From positions 1-64,000 of IMG/VR virus record IMGVR_UViG_3300025858_000010: a DNA stretch of 64,000 bases, one strand, 5' to 3'. Origin of the DNA: a virus (taxonomy: Duplodnaviria; Caudoviricetes). The position numbers were made by a program, and so were the translations under genes. The notes under the pieces are model-generated. The model was not told the origin of the DNA and did not search any database. It saw only the letters and a program-made list of their open reading frames with translations. This document shows, piece after piece, positions 55,107 through 64,000 of the stretch. Positions within the stretch are counted from its first letter, which is position 1. Each line of letters begins with the position of its first letter.

Positions 55107-55644
55107 TATTTGTTGGTTTTTTTCTTTTCAGTTGATCTTCGACTTCATCGAAAGGATTTCTGCTTCCATTTTTAGGTTTTTTTATTTCTGTTTTATTTGA
55201 TTCATCATCTTCGTCATCTTCTTCTTCATCCTCTTCTTCCATATAATCATCATCATCGTCTTCGGCCACTTGATTTAATATTAAATTTATATTATCACCT
55301 TCAGTATAATCTTGAATTTGATCTATATATCCGATTATTTCATCCATTTCATCCATTGCGGTTGAATTTTCTATTTGATCATATATCATTTCTACGAGTT
55401 CTGCCAGCATGTTATCTCTTTTATATATTTCTTCGATGAAAGCAGAATGAGACTTAGGATATTTATTAATAACCATACTGTAAACGTGCTCTGTTGTATC
55501 TCTGAGCATTTTAACGTGTTGTTTGACTTTAATTATACCATTAATTATGATCTTAATTTTTTCATTAAGTACTTCTTTATTTGGTATATCTGAATCACCA
55601 GTTTTTTCGTAATTTTCGAATGTTTTTAATATTTCCATAAACAT
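55099..55644 (-). CDS. Hypothetical protein with leader and acidic tail
   Basis: MEILKTFENYE. Confidence 0.7.
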   Translation of the reverse strand: MFMEILKTFENYEKTGDSDIPNKEVLNEKIKIIINGIIKVKQHVKMLRDTTEHVYSMVINKYPKSHSAFIEEIYKRDNMLAELVEMIYDQIENSTAMDEMDEIIGYIDQIQDYTEGDNINLILNQVAEDDDDDYMEEEDEEEDDEDDESNKTEIKKPKNGSRNPFDEVEDQLKRKKPTNNG

Positions 55645-55649
55645 ATATA

Positions 55650-55832
55650 TTATTTATTAAAAGTTCCAGATGTTATACCAGTGGTTATGCCGGATAAATA
55701 TAAAGCGTTGACATAACCGACGGTTGATGCTGAATTTGAATCAAAAAATGTAGGATGAGATAAGTTTAATTTTCTCTGTTCTATACTAAAATCTTCGAAC
55801 TGTTTACCTTTTTCTTGCGAACCCCGTTGCAT
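55650..55832 (-). CDS. Small putative structural protein
   Basis: Late-promoter motif at ~55854; SGIT-rich end. Confidence 0.5.
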   Translation of the reverse strand: MQRGSQEKGKQFEDFSIEQRKLNLSHPTFFDSNSASTVGYVNALYLSGITTGITSGTFNK

Positions 55833-55903
55833 TTTTGACTCGATGTTTTTATCTTATATATTAAAATTAAAAATTGAAAATATTTAATAAACAAGAAAAA
55901 AAA

Positions 55904-56518
55904 TTAAATTAGATATTCATAATCTAAATAATCAGTGCTGTCTAAATCAAAACCGGCCACAGAACCTATCCAATATAGTAAATCACCGACTTGTACATCA
56001 CCATCATTAACTCTGGCTTTGATCGGATCTCCATTATCATCACTTGAAGTGAAATAACATCCAACATGTATACCATCAGGTACACCAGCCTGAACATATC
56101 CACCGTTATTCACATTTACTTTAATTCTGGATCTTGGTATTTGCAAAACTGGAGTACTACAAGATAATTGATAATCTACACCAGATACTATATCTAAACA
56201 CATCATATTAATATTTAAAGTATTGAACGTTGGTCTATTGTCTTTGGATACAATTTCTCCAGTTAAAATCATTAATTCTTTTCTATATGATTCTAATTTG
56301 TCTGCTGCCTGTTGAGCAATTAAATGTGTTTCGAAACTTAATATTAAATCATTTTTATTTGTAATCTTTATAACTAAACAATTATTTTTAACAAACCAAT
56401 GTGATAAATCAGTTATTATACTGTCAACGAAATTATCATTTTTATCATAAATAAATATTCTTTTATCATTACTTATTGGTTTCATTAAAAAATTTTCAAG
56501 TCTATAATTATATGTCAT
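55904..56518 (-). CDS. Putative structural protein
   Basis: Beta-rich; GDLLYWIGSVAGFDL; late operon. Confidence 0.55.
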   Translation of the reverse strand: MTYNYRLENFLMKPISNDKRIFIYDKNDNFVDSIITDLSHWFVKNNCLVIKITNKNDLILSFETHLIAQQAADKLESYRKELMILTGEIVSKDNRPTFNTLNINMMCLDIVSGVDYQLSCSTPVLQIPRSRIKVNVNNGGYVQAGVPDGIHVGCYFTSSDDNGDPIKARVNDGDVQVGDLLYWIGSVAGFDLDSTDYLDYEYLI

Positions 56519-57647
56519 AATACACGCTTATATATTTTTGTTGACTATTAATATTATTAGCCAAATCTTTTATAGAAAATATGACACTATATATACCAAT
56601 TGAATCGATACTACTAATTGGTACTAAATCATCTAATGGATATATTACAACATTAGCATCATAAATACTTATTGATCCATCAACATTATCCGTGATTCCG
56701 GATACGAATATTTCTTTCAACATTGTATCGGTATAAGTTATAGCACTAGTTGCACCACTATAAGGCAATAAATATATAACAGTAGATCCACTTGTTATAC
56801 CTGTTGTCGTACCTGTTAACACATTATTCCAAGTGAATACTGGGGCATCTATATCAACAGGCGTCGTATTCGTTAAAATTCTATATCTTTGTGATTCTAA
56901 TACCCAATGCAATCTACTATTAGCCTGATCACAATTAAATGCGCTTAAGAATTCAAGTTTTATTTTTTCATCTGTATCTAATCCTATTTGTAAGGATGTT
57001 GAATTTAATTTCACAACTGTTCTAATATTATTATAAGGAATAATGGCAATAGTATTGCCTGTTATATCTAATATTTTTAGTTCAGTAGAACCAGTTGACG
57101 TTGGTATAATATAATTCACCACGTCAGAAATTAAAGAATTATAATATAACCCGCAATATGAACTATTCTGTGTATATTGACTTATGTTTGTCAAATTATC
57201 TTGTGCCAAATTAGCCATTAATACTTCAAGATACACTTTATAAGTGGAACTTGGATTATTAAAATATATTTGAGGAATTCTTTTTACACTATTACCAGTG
57301 AATATCATTAATTGACTCATATTTCTAACTTTAGTTGGATCGTCTTTGAAATAATATTCAATATATTGATCTGCTTCTATGGCCCAATTCGGATCTAATG
57401 GCATAAATTTTGCTCTAATCATCATAAAAGTAACATTTTCTCCCAAAAAACCATACATCAATGGTTGATCTTTAGATGATTCATTCAATGTAAGTTGAGA
57501 TAAATAAAAAGATTCATATTTTATTTCAAGTCCATCGAGATTTAATTTTCCTTTCATATTAGGTCCTTCAATTACAATGAAAGAACATTCATATGGTTTT
57601 ATCAACTTTTCAGTAGGAGTTAATAAAATATTTGGTTGTATGTACAT
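56508..57647 (-). CDS. Putative structural protein with C-terminal Ig-like domain
   Basis: DIDAPVF...ITDNVDG...YSVIFSIKDLANN. Confidence 0.55.
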   Translation of the reverse strand: MYIQPNILLTPTEKLIKPYECSFIVIEGPNMKGKLNLDGLEIKYESFYLSQLTLNESSKDQPLMYGFLGENVTFMMIRAKFMPLDPNWAIEADQYIEYYFKDDPTKVRNMSQLMIFTGNSVKRIPQIYFNNPSSTYKVYLEVLMANLAQDNLTNISQYTQNSSYCGLYYNSLISDVVNYIIPTSTGSTELKILDITGNTIAIIPYNNIRTVVKLNSTSLQIGLDTDEKIKLEFLSAFNCDQANSRLHWVLESQRYRILTNTTPVDIDAPVFTWNNVLTGTTTGITSGSTVIYLLPYSGATSAITYTDTMLKEIFVSGITDNVDGSISIYDANVVIYPLDDLVPISSIDSIGIYSVIFSIKDLANNINSQQKYISVYYDI

Positions 57648-57752
57648 TATTTATATTTTTTCTTTTTTATGATTTTTTCTATTGTTATATATTTATTTTT
57701 AAAATTGATTTATGAATCATATCTATTTAATTTTCTAAAATCCTTTATTATT

Positions 57753-58373
57753 TTATATTCTTAAATTTTTTATTTTTAATGATTTTAAATAATTTTTATA
57801 TTCATCAGTAAATCTATTATTATAACAATATAATACTTCTAAATTCGTTAAATGTTCAATTCCTTCTAAACTAGTTAATAAATTACTAAAACAAAATAAT
57901 CCTCTCAAATTCGTTAAATGTTCGATTCCTTCTAAATTAGTTAATCGATTATAAAAACAATCTAATGATATTAAATTCGTTAAATGTTCGATTCCTTCTA
58001 AACTAGTTAATTCATTATTAGAACAATCCAATTCTCTTAAATTCGTTAAATGTTCAATTCCTTCTAAACTAGTTAATTGATTATAAGAACAATCCAATTC
58101 TCTTAAATTCGTTAAATGTTCAATGCCTTCTAAATTAGTTAATTGATTACCAAAACAAATCAATTCTCTCAAAATTGTTAAATGTTCAATTCCTTCTAAA
58201 CTAGTTAATCCTTTATAAGAACAATCTAAAGACATTATTTGATCTAATGGTTTATTTTGTTCTTTAGCTAACTGTATTATCGGAGTATCATTATCGTCAT
58301 CCCAATCTTCCTCACCATAAGGATCTATATCCGATCTGTTTAATTGTTCAAATATTTTAAAATCCTTTATCAT
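57753..58373 (-). CDS. LRR protein, family B (7 repeats)
   Basis: First ~154 aa and C-cap identical to 51667..52551. Confidence 0.9.
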   Translation of the reverse strand: MIKDFKIFEQLNRSDIDPYGEEDWDDDNDTPIIQLAKEQNKPLDQIMSLDCSYKGLTSLEGIEHLTILRELICFGNQLTNLEGIEHLTNLRELDCSYNQLTSLEGIEHLTNLRELDCSNNELTSLEGIEHLTNLISLDCFYNRLTNLEGIEHLTNLRGLFCFSNLLTSLEGIEHLTNLEVLYCYNNRFTDEYKNYLKSLKIKNLRI

Positions 58374-58374
58374 T

Positions 58375-59070
58375 TTATATTTCTAAATGTTTTATTTTTA
58401 ATGATCTTAAATAGTTTTTATATTCATCAGTAAATCTATTATTGAAACAATATAATGTTTCTAAATTCGTTAAATGTTCAATTCCTTCTAAATTAGTTAA
58501 TTGATTATTATAACAATATAATGATTTTAAATTCGTTAAATGTTCAATGCCTTCTAAATTAGTTAATCTATTATTATAACAAATTAATGTTTTTAAATTA
58601 GTCAAATGTTCAATACCTTCTAAACTAGTTAATTGATTATTAGAACAATGTAAATATCTTAAATTAGTTAAATGTTCAATTCCTTCTAAACTAGTTAATT
58701 GATTAGAATGACAATATAATTCTCTTAAATTCGTTAAATGTTCAATTCCTTCTAAACTAGTTAATTGATTATTAGAACAATGTAATAATTCTAAATTCGT
58801 TAAATGTTCAATTCCATCTAAACTAGTTAATTCATTATTAGAACAATATAATTCTCTTAAATTCGTTAAATGTTCAATGCCTTCTAAACTAGTTAACCGA
58901 TTATGATAACAAGATAAATCAATTATTTGATCTAATGGTTTATTTTGTTTTTTAGCTAACCATATTATCGGAGTATCATAGTCATCCCAATCCTCCTCGC
59001 CGTATGGATCAATATCCGATCTATTTAATTGTTCAAATAATCTAAAACTCATTAAATTGTTCATTTTCAT
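58375..59070 (-). CDS. LRR protein, family B (8 repeats)
   Basis: MNNLMSFRLFEQLNRSDIDPYGEEDW leader; same scaffold. Confidence 0.9.
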   Translation of the reverse strand: MKMNNLMSFRLFEQLNRSDIDPYGEEDWDDYDTPIIWLAKKQNKPLDQIIDLSCYHNRLTSLEGIEHLTNLRELYCSNNELTSLDGIEHLTNLELLHCSNNQLTSLEGIEHLTNLRELYCHSNQLTSLEGIEHLTNLRYLHCSNNQLTSLEGIEHLTNLKTLICYNNRLTNLEGIEHLTNLKSLYCYNNQLTNLEGIEHLTNLETLYCFNNRFTDEYKNYLRSLKIKHLEI

Positions 59071-59243
59071 ATATTATTATAAAATCGTTTCAATTTTAGC
59101 GTATCTATCTTATAATATATATTAATTCACGATATTGATTTTTACGAAAATGATCGGTTATCTTTCTTTTTTACAAGAAATTCAATACATATTTATATGG
59201 AGTTAAAGTACCAAAATCAATCAATCAAATAGAGTATCTATTT

Positions 59244-60332
59244 TTAGTCATTAAAGAATTCTTTTTCATCTTCTTCAAATTCACCATCAATTCGATTGAA
59301 TAAAATTCCAACATCTGGTCCTTCTTCAATATTTTCTTCAATCTTTGATTGTTTTAATTTAAAGTCAAATAATGATCCAAGCACTCCCAATCTTTTATTA
59401 ATCATTGGTAAATCTAGGGCTTTTAAAAAACTATTACAAATAGTCAACACGGTCTTATCGAATTGTGCGTCATAATCAAATATAACTTTTTCTTTATCTG
59501 TTATTTCTATTGGATGCATGCCTCTGATATATCCGAACACATTATTTTTATCATGTTTACAATAATAGTATTTTATCTTACCCGACCGTATCATATCATA
59601 TTTGGTTTTAAATTCTGAATTTTTGTTCAATAAATAATTATATAAACCAGCAGCTTTTATAGAAAAATGAGCACCTAAAACGGCTTCTAAATTAGTCGTG
59701 TCATTGACTATTTTATCTGGATAATTCGAACAATTGGTTTGACTTGATATGTTATCGACATCTTCTAAATCAAATTCTTTTCTAATTTGTTTAACAATTT
59801 TTAATATGTCTTTAATATTAAGATTATCAGCATTTGAGAACAAATATTTTATGAATTCCCAAATGCCTCCTTTTTGATCTTTTCCTCTCACAAAAGGAGG
59901 AGTTTCACTTCTAACAATCTTAATTCCAGTCGGTGAAAAATAAGATAATGGTTCAAAGAAAATACCATCTTCATAAACTATATTTTTAAGATAATTCTTT
60001 TTCTCGAAGAAAAGAATAGAATTACTTATAGTTTCTAGTTCGAAATCTTGTTTATTTTCAACTCCAAATCTTTTTGAATACTCGTCCAGGAATTTATGGT
60101 GAAGTTTCTTCATAATTACTTTATCAAAATGTAATATAAATTCTAATTCGTCTTCTTTATAATTACATGATTCTATTAATGGTTTATAAGACATATAATA
60201 AGAATTATGTACAAGTATATCATTAGATATAAAAGTATGACTTTCATCGTCCATTTCTATATCATAAACATATTCATTTTCAAACGAACCAATTTGTTCG
60301 CATGAATCTATTTCGTCAAAGTAATATTCCAT
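59244..60332 (-). CDS. polB: Split intein C-fragment (43 aa) fused to the DNA polymerase B C-terminal part
   Basis: VYDIEM..HTFISNDILVHN|S; FELET, KKNY, GIKIVRSETP. Confidence 0.9.
   Translation of the reverse strand: MEYYFDEIDSCEQIGSFENEYVYDIEMDDESHTFISNDILVHNSYYMSYKPLIESCNYKEDELEFILHFDKVIMKKLHHKFLDEYSKRFGVENKQDFELETISNSILFFEKKNYLKNIVYEDGIFFEPLSYFSPTGIKIVRSETPPFVRGKDQKGGIWEFIKYLFSNADNLNIKDILKIVKQIRKEFDLEDVDNISSQTNCSNYPDKIVNDTTNLEAVLGAHFSIKAAGLYNYLLNKNSEFKTKYDMIRSGKIKYYYCKHDKNNVFGYIRGMHPIEITDKEKVIFDYDAQFDKTVLTICNSFLKALDLPMINKRLGVLGSLFDFKLKQSKIEENIEEGPDVGILFNRIDGEFEEDEKEFFND
60204..60332 (-). other. IntC of split intein
   Basis: Blocks F/G ending HN, +1 Ser. Confidence 0.9.
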
Positions 60333-61395
60333 CTATTATATTTTTTATTTTATTATTTTCTTTATATGAAATTTCGACATAATTAATATTATTTTCAATG
60401 CAAAATTTCTTTTTTATTTCGTCATTGTTTTTAATATAAAAAAGAGTTTCTTCACCACCAAACCATTTTATAGGTTCGTAGTGTTGTTTGCCGTTATATT
60501 CTATAACTAGATTATATTCTGGAAGAAAAAAATCAAAAGGTAAATAATTTATATTTTTACATTTTTCAAAAATTTTTTGTCTATTAAAAATAACATTTTT
60601 TGATTTCAAAAGTTCACTTATTTTATTCTCCATTATACTTTTTTTACAAGATGGACATCCTTGACCAAGTAAATGAAAATTAGGAATTTGTTGAAATTCA
60701 CCGTGTTTTGGACATATTATTATAACCTTGGTATAATTATTAATATATTGAACTTTATTATAATCATAATAGAAATCATGTATAATATTTGACCTTCTGA
60801 TAAAATCAAATAAATTAAGTTTACTGTCATTTATTTTACATTCTCTACATCCTTGACCAGACAAATGATTTCTTGGCGTTTGTTCAAAAACGCCATGTAA
60901 TTTACATATTATTTTAACTTTAGTTTTAGAGTCTATATAATCAACTAAAGAATAATCATATTTATCACCGTGTATTAATTTAGATTCTTTAATAAATTCA
61001 TCGTTGGTTTTTTTACTTTTTTCACCCATGCATTTTACACAACCGTGTCCTTTTGTATGATTATATGCCTGCTGATAAAAACTACCATGAGTTGGACAAA
61101 TTATTTTTACTTTATCTATAGAACTTTTATATTCAACCAATGAATAATCGTATTTATCACCGTGTATTAATTTTGATTTTTTAATGAAATCATCCTTGTT
61201 TTTTTTTAAAGATCCACCACAGAATGGACATCCCCTACCACGAAGATGAGATACTGGTTTTTGTTCGAAAATACCATGAATATGACATATTATTTTAACT
61301 CTAGTTTTAGAGTTTATATAATCAACTAAAGAATAATCATATTTATTCTTATGAATATTATCCGCTATTTTTATAAATTTTTCAGTATTATACAT
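60316..61395 (-). CDS. Free-standing homing endonuclease (KYDYSLVxY/CxxHG repeats + Vsr-like PD-(D/E)xK domain)
   Basis: Four repeat units; LPFDFFLPEYNLVIEYNGKQHY; lies between the intein halves. Confidence 0.8.
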   Translation of the reverse strand: MYNTEKFIKIADNIHKNKYDYSLVDYINSKTRVKIICHIHGIFEQKPVSHLRGRGCPFCGGSLKKNKDDFIKKSKLIHGDKYDYSLVEYKSSIDKVKIICPTHGSFYQQAYNHTKGHGCVKCMGEKSKKTNDEFIKESKLIHGDKYDYSLVDYIDSKTKVKIICKLHGVFEQTPRNHLSGQGCRECKINDSKLNLFDFIRRSNIIHDFYYDYNKVQYINNYTKVIIICPKHGEFQQIPNFHLLGQGCPSCKKSIMENKISELLKSKNVIFNRQKIFEKCKNINYLPFDFFLPEYNLVIEYNGKQHYEPIKWFGGEETLFYIKNNDEIKKKFCIENNINYVEISYKENNKIKNIIDGILL

Positions 61396-61418
61396 TATAT
61401 ATCCTCCAAAACTACATA

Positions 61419-61775
61419 TTAATATTTTATAACTAATATTTTATCTGTTTTTAGAATATCACAAGGTTTTACTTCTATTTTTTCACCGTTTCTAAAAACT
61501 ATCATCGAATGATCATTTGTAACAATTATTTCTTTACCAGATTTTGTTTTTAATTTCCATTTAGGTTTAGTCACCTCATGTCTTATAATTCTTTTAACTG
61601 GCGCATAATATAATCCATTTTCTTCTGTCCAATTTAAAACCTTTTCTTTAGTATGGACACTATTATGACCCATTAAAGTATTTCCAGCACTACCATTTAT
61701 TATGTTTCTGTTATAAAAATCTTCAATACTTGATATTTTATCGTTTGTGACTACGATTGAACTAGAATCAACTGA
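61419..61775 (-). other. IntN of split intein (118 aa, Ser1)
   Basis: SVDSSSIVVT...IEDFY...KEIIVTNDHSMIVFR...EVKP.DI...D.I. Confidence 0.85.
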
Positions 61776-62513
61776 ATCCGTATCACAGTACATAGAAATT
61801 GGATTATTGCCCTTGTAAAAAGTGGCATTAGTTTCTGGATCTTTTTCCCATTTTGGATTATCGTCTAATGTTTTAACACCATTAAAATCAAATATTTTAT
61901 ATTCGTATAATAATTCGAAATCATTAACATTCCCTTCTATTTTTTTTAACTTATCTAATTTTATTTTTCTAGATAAAAGGATATCACCAAGTTCACCATT
62001 ATTAAAAAAAGGATAAGGTCTATCTATATTTTTATATTCTTTATTTAAAAAATAGTATTTATTGTCTTTAGTGGCAATATATTCAATACCGAGAAGTTTT
62101 TGCATTTCAACATCTTTTGCCCAATCGTTATAAAAATAATCTTCTGTACGTATTACCATGTATCTAATGAGATCTCTTCCCATTGCTGTAATAGCATTAG
62201 CAATTTTAGCATTCGATAAAACAAAATATTTATTCGCAAACGCTCCATATGTCGCATTCAGTACAGTTTTGAGCGCCAATTGTAAAGCTTTGTTATATGA
62301 ATATAATGCAGATTTCTCTGATATTTTATATTTGAGATCTATTATGTTTTTTAATTTGACTATTTGTTTCTTAGAATATTCTAGTTCTGGTTTTAATTCG
62401 ACCGCTTTATTATAAAGTCCTAGTGCTTGATCATATTCTTTACTTTTACAACATTGATCTGCTCTTTTTATAGTATCGTTATATGTTCTATTGATTAAAG
62501 CGATATCTGACAT
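61419..62513 (-). CDS. polB: DNA polymerase B middle part fused to the split intein N-fragment
   Basis: QLALKTVLNATYGAF (motif B), ITAMGR, YCDTD|S (motif C), intein block B VTNDHS. Confidence 0.9.
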   Translation of the reverse strand: MSDIALINRTYNDTIKRADQCCKSKEYDQALGLYNKAVELKPELEYSKKQIVKLKNIIDLKYKISEKSALYSYNKALQLALKTVLNATYGAFANKYFVLSNAKIANAITAMGRDLIRYMVIRTEDYFYNDWAKDVEMQKLLGIEYIATKDNKYYFLNKEYKNIDRPYPFFNNGELGDILLSRKIKLDKLKKIEGNVNDFELLYEYKIFDFNGVKTLDDNPKWEKDPETNATFYKGNNPISMYCDTDSVDSSSIVVTNDKISSIEDFYNRNIINGSAGNTLMGHNSVHTKEKVLNWTEENGLYYAPVKRIIRHEVTKPKWKLKTKSGKEIIVTNDHSMIVFRNGEKIEVKPCDILKTDKILVIKY

Positions 62514-62549
62514 TAAATAAGAATTTTTATCTATTATAACTATTTAATT

Positions 62550-64000
62550 TTAATTTGTTTTAAAAACATATTTAATTGAACCGCTATCGTATATTCTATA
62601 GATTTTGCGTTTTAACATTATTTCGTGTTCAGTTTCATTAATATCGTATCCATCTTTTACTAGTTTATCTTTTCTGAAATTAAATCTGTGATATCTTATA
62701 CCGTCAATAACATAATAATAATTCGGTTGAGTTTTATGAATCATAGTAAATCCCAATTTTTCGTATAAAATTCCCTGGCTCCAAGATCTATCTGCATAAC
62801 TTATTATTTCTTTGGGTACGTATTTTTTAATGAAATATTTAAATAATTTACTAGCGCCACCTATAACTGTTGTGTTTAATTCATTACAAAATCTAATCAT
62901 TTCATAGGAACCATCAATCGACTTTTGACCCATTGATTTTCTTAATTTCCCAAACGTCATTAAAGAAACCAATTTATTTTCATAAAGCAGTCCTATTTTT
63001 ATTTTAGATGAAATATATCCCTGTAAATGATTTTTTTCCAAAAAATCTCTAGATTTTTTATTATCCGAAATATCTATTATTTCACATTTTCTAGCGTATA
63101 TTTTTTTTGATTTTCCTAGTAAATTTAATATTCTTGATTTAACGATTTCTTGTTTATAAATCCATTCATCTTGATATATGTGTATTAACTTAATTTTATC
63201 TTTTTCGGCTAAATTTGTTTTTTCTAAATGATAATTTTTATTTTTATATAACTCATTATGCCAATAAGTGCCATTAAATTCAAATCCTATATTTAGTTCC
63301 GGTAAATAAATATCAATTTCTTTTCCTATTTTTTTATCGTTTGTCAAAATAACACCATTATAATGATTTTTTATAAATTCTTTTAGCATTATTTCTTGTC
63401 CACTTTGGGAATGAGATCCCACAGGATTACAACATGTACATATAACAGTTTCTTTATTTTTTCTTTTTCTGTTTTTTAGAGTTTCTGAATCAATTTTAAA
63501 TTGATGACCTTTATCGCAAATCATAATATAATTATAATTATCGTCTATATCTATAACACCATCACATTTTAATTTTTTTAATAAATTTTTTTTATAAATA
63601 TTGTCTCTTTTTTCTTTATATTTTTCTTTGAAATTATTAGTAGATAGAAAAAATTCAACTCCATATTTTTCTAAACATGTTTTTTTATGTTTTTCTATAT
63701 TGTTATAATTTTCACTACCATATTTATCTTTATTTATTCTTTTAACAATATTCCCATATCCTTTTAGTTTAGCGTAATTATCCACACCAAATTTTTCTAA
63801 ATTGGTTATTTTCTTTTTTTCAATTGAACATTTCTTGCAAGTAAAAAAACCATAATGTGACATATTTTGGCAATATTTGGCGTACATTAAAGAATATTCT
63901 TTTTTACACCTATCACATACGACATCAATTTTTAAATGAGAAATTAATTGGTAAATCTACTGTCTTAATTATGATCTTGTTGTCATCAATAAGATATCCT
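62550..64000 (-). CDS. Free-standing homing endonuclease (paralog of 6737..8542); 5' part frameshifted near 63942 and off the window
   Basis: EIDIYLPELNIGFEFNGTYWH, SYADRSWS; upstream GYLIDD..VDLPIN/SHLKIDVVCDRC. Confidence 0.75.

Noticed and set aside
51667-59070. Diversity-generating retroelement acting on the LRR genes
   Set aside because: No reverse transcriptase in the window, differences are not adenine-restricted, and whole repeats are exchanged.

Overview
Very AT-rich window (roughly 20-25% GC by eye, standard code) from a large T4-like/jumbo dsDNA phage. The host is probably Bacteroidota (TAnnTTTG promoters, Bacteroidota-type secreted proteins). It carries purA, an IMPDH/GMP-reductase-family gene, dUTPase, dnaK, a dNMP-kinase-like gene, an amidoligase, a fused nuclease-helicase-methyltransferase, a truncated clamp loader, large structural and tape-measure-like genes, several free-standing homing endonucleases, and a fractured family-B DNA polymerase with a Ser-type split intein. 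Three features stand out. (1) At 10.6-12.1 kb there is an integron-like cassette array with attC-like hairpin sites. Each cassette's two ends are self-complementary, and one site holds a phage late promoter plus an N-terminal leader that fuses in frame to the next cassette. (2) Ten leucine-rich-repeat genes in three families show constant caps, variable repeat number, shared repeat modules and empty or relic copies. (3) Over 20 ORFs share an N-terminal MKxIKxF/YxxFE leader resembling the T4 capsid-targeting signal, and about 10 copies of a DPYGEE(D/E)W motif occur. Annotations come from motif recognition by eye; no searches were run.
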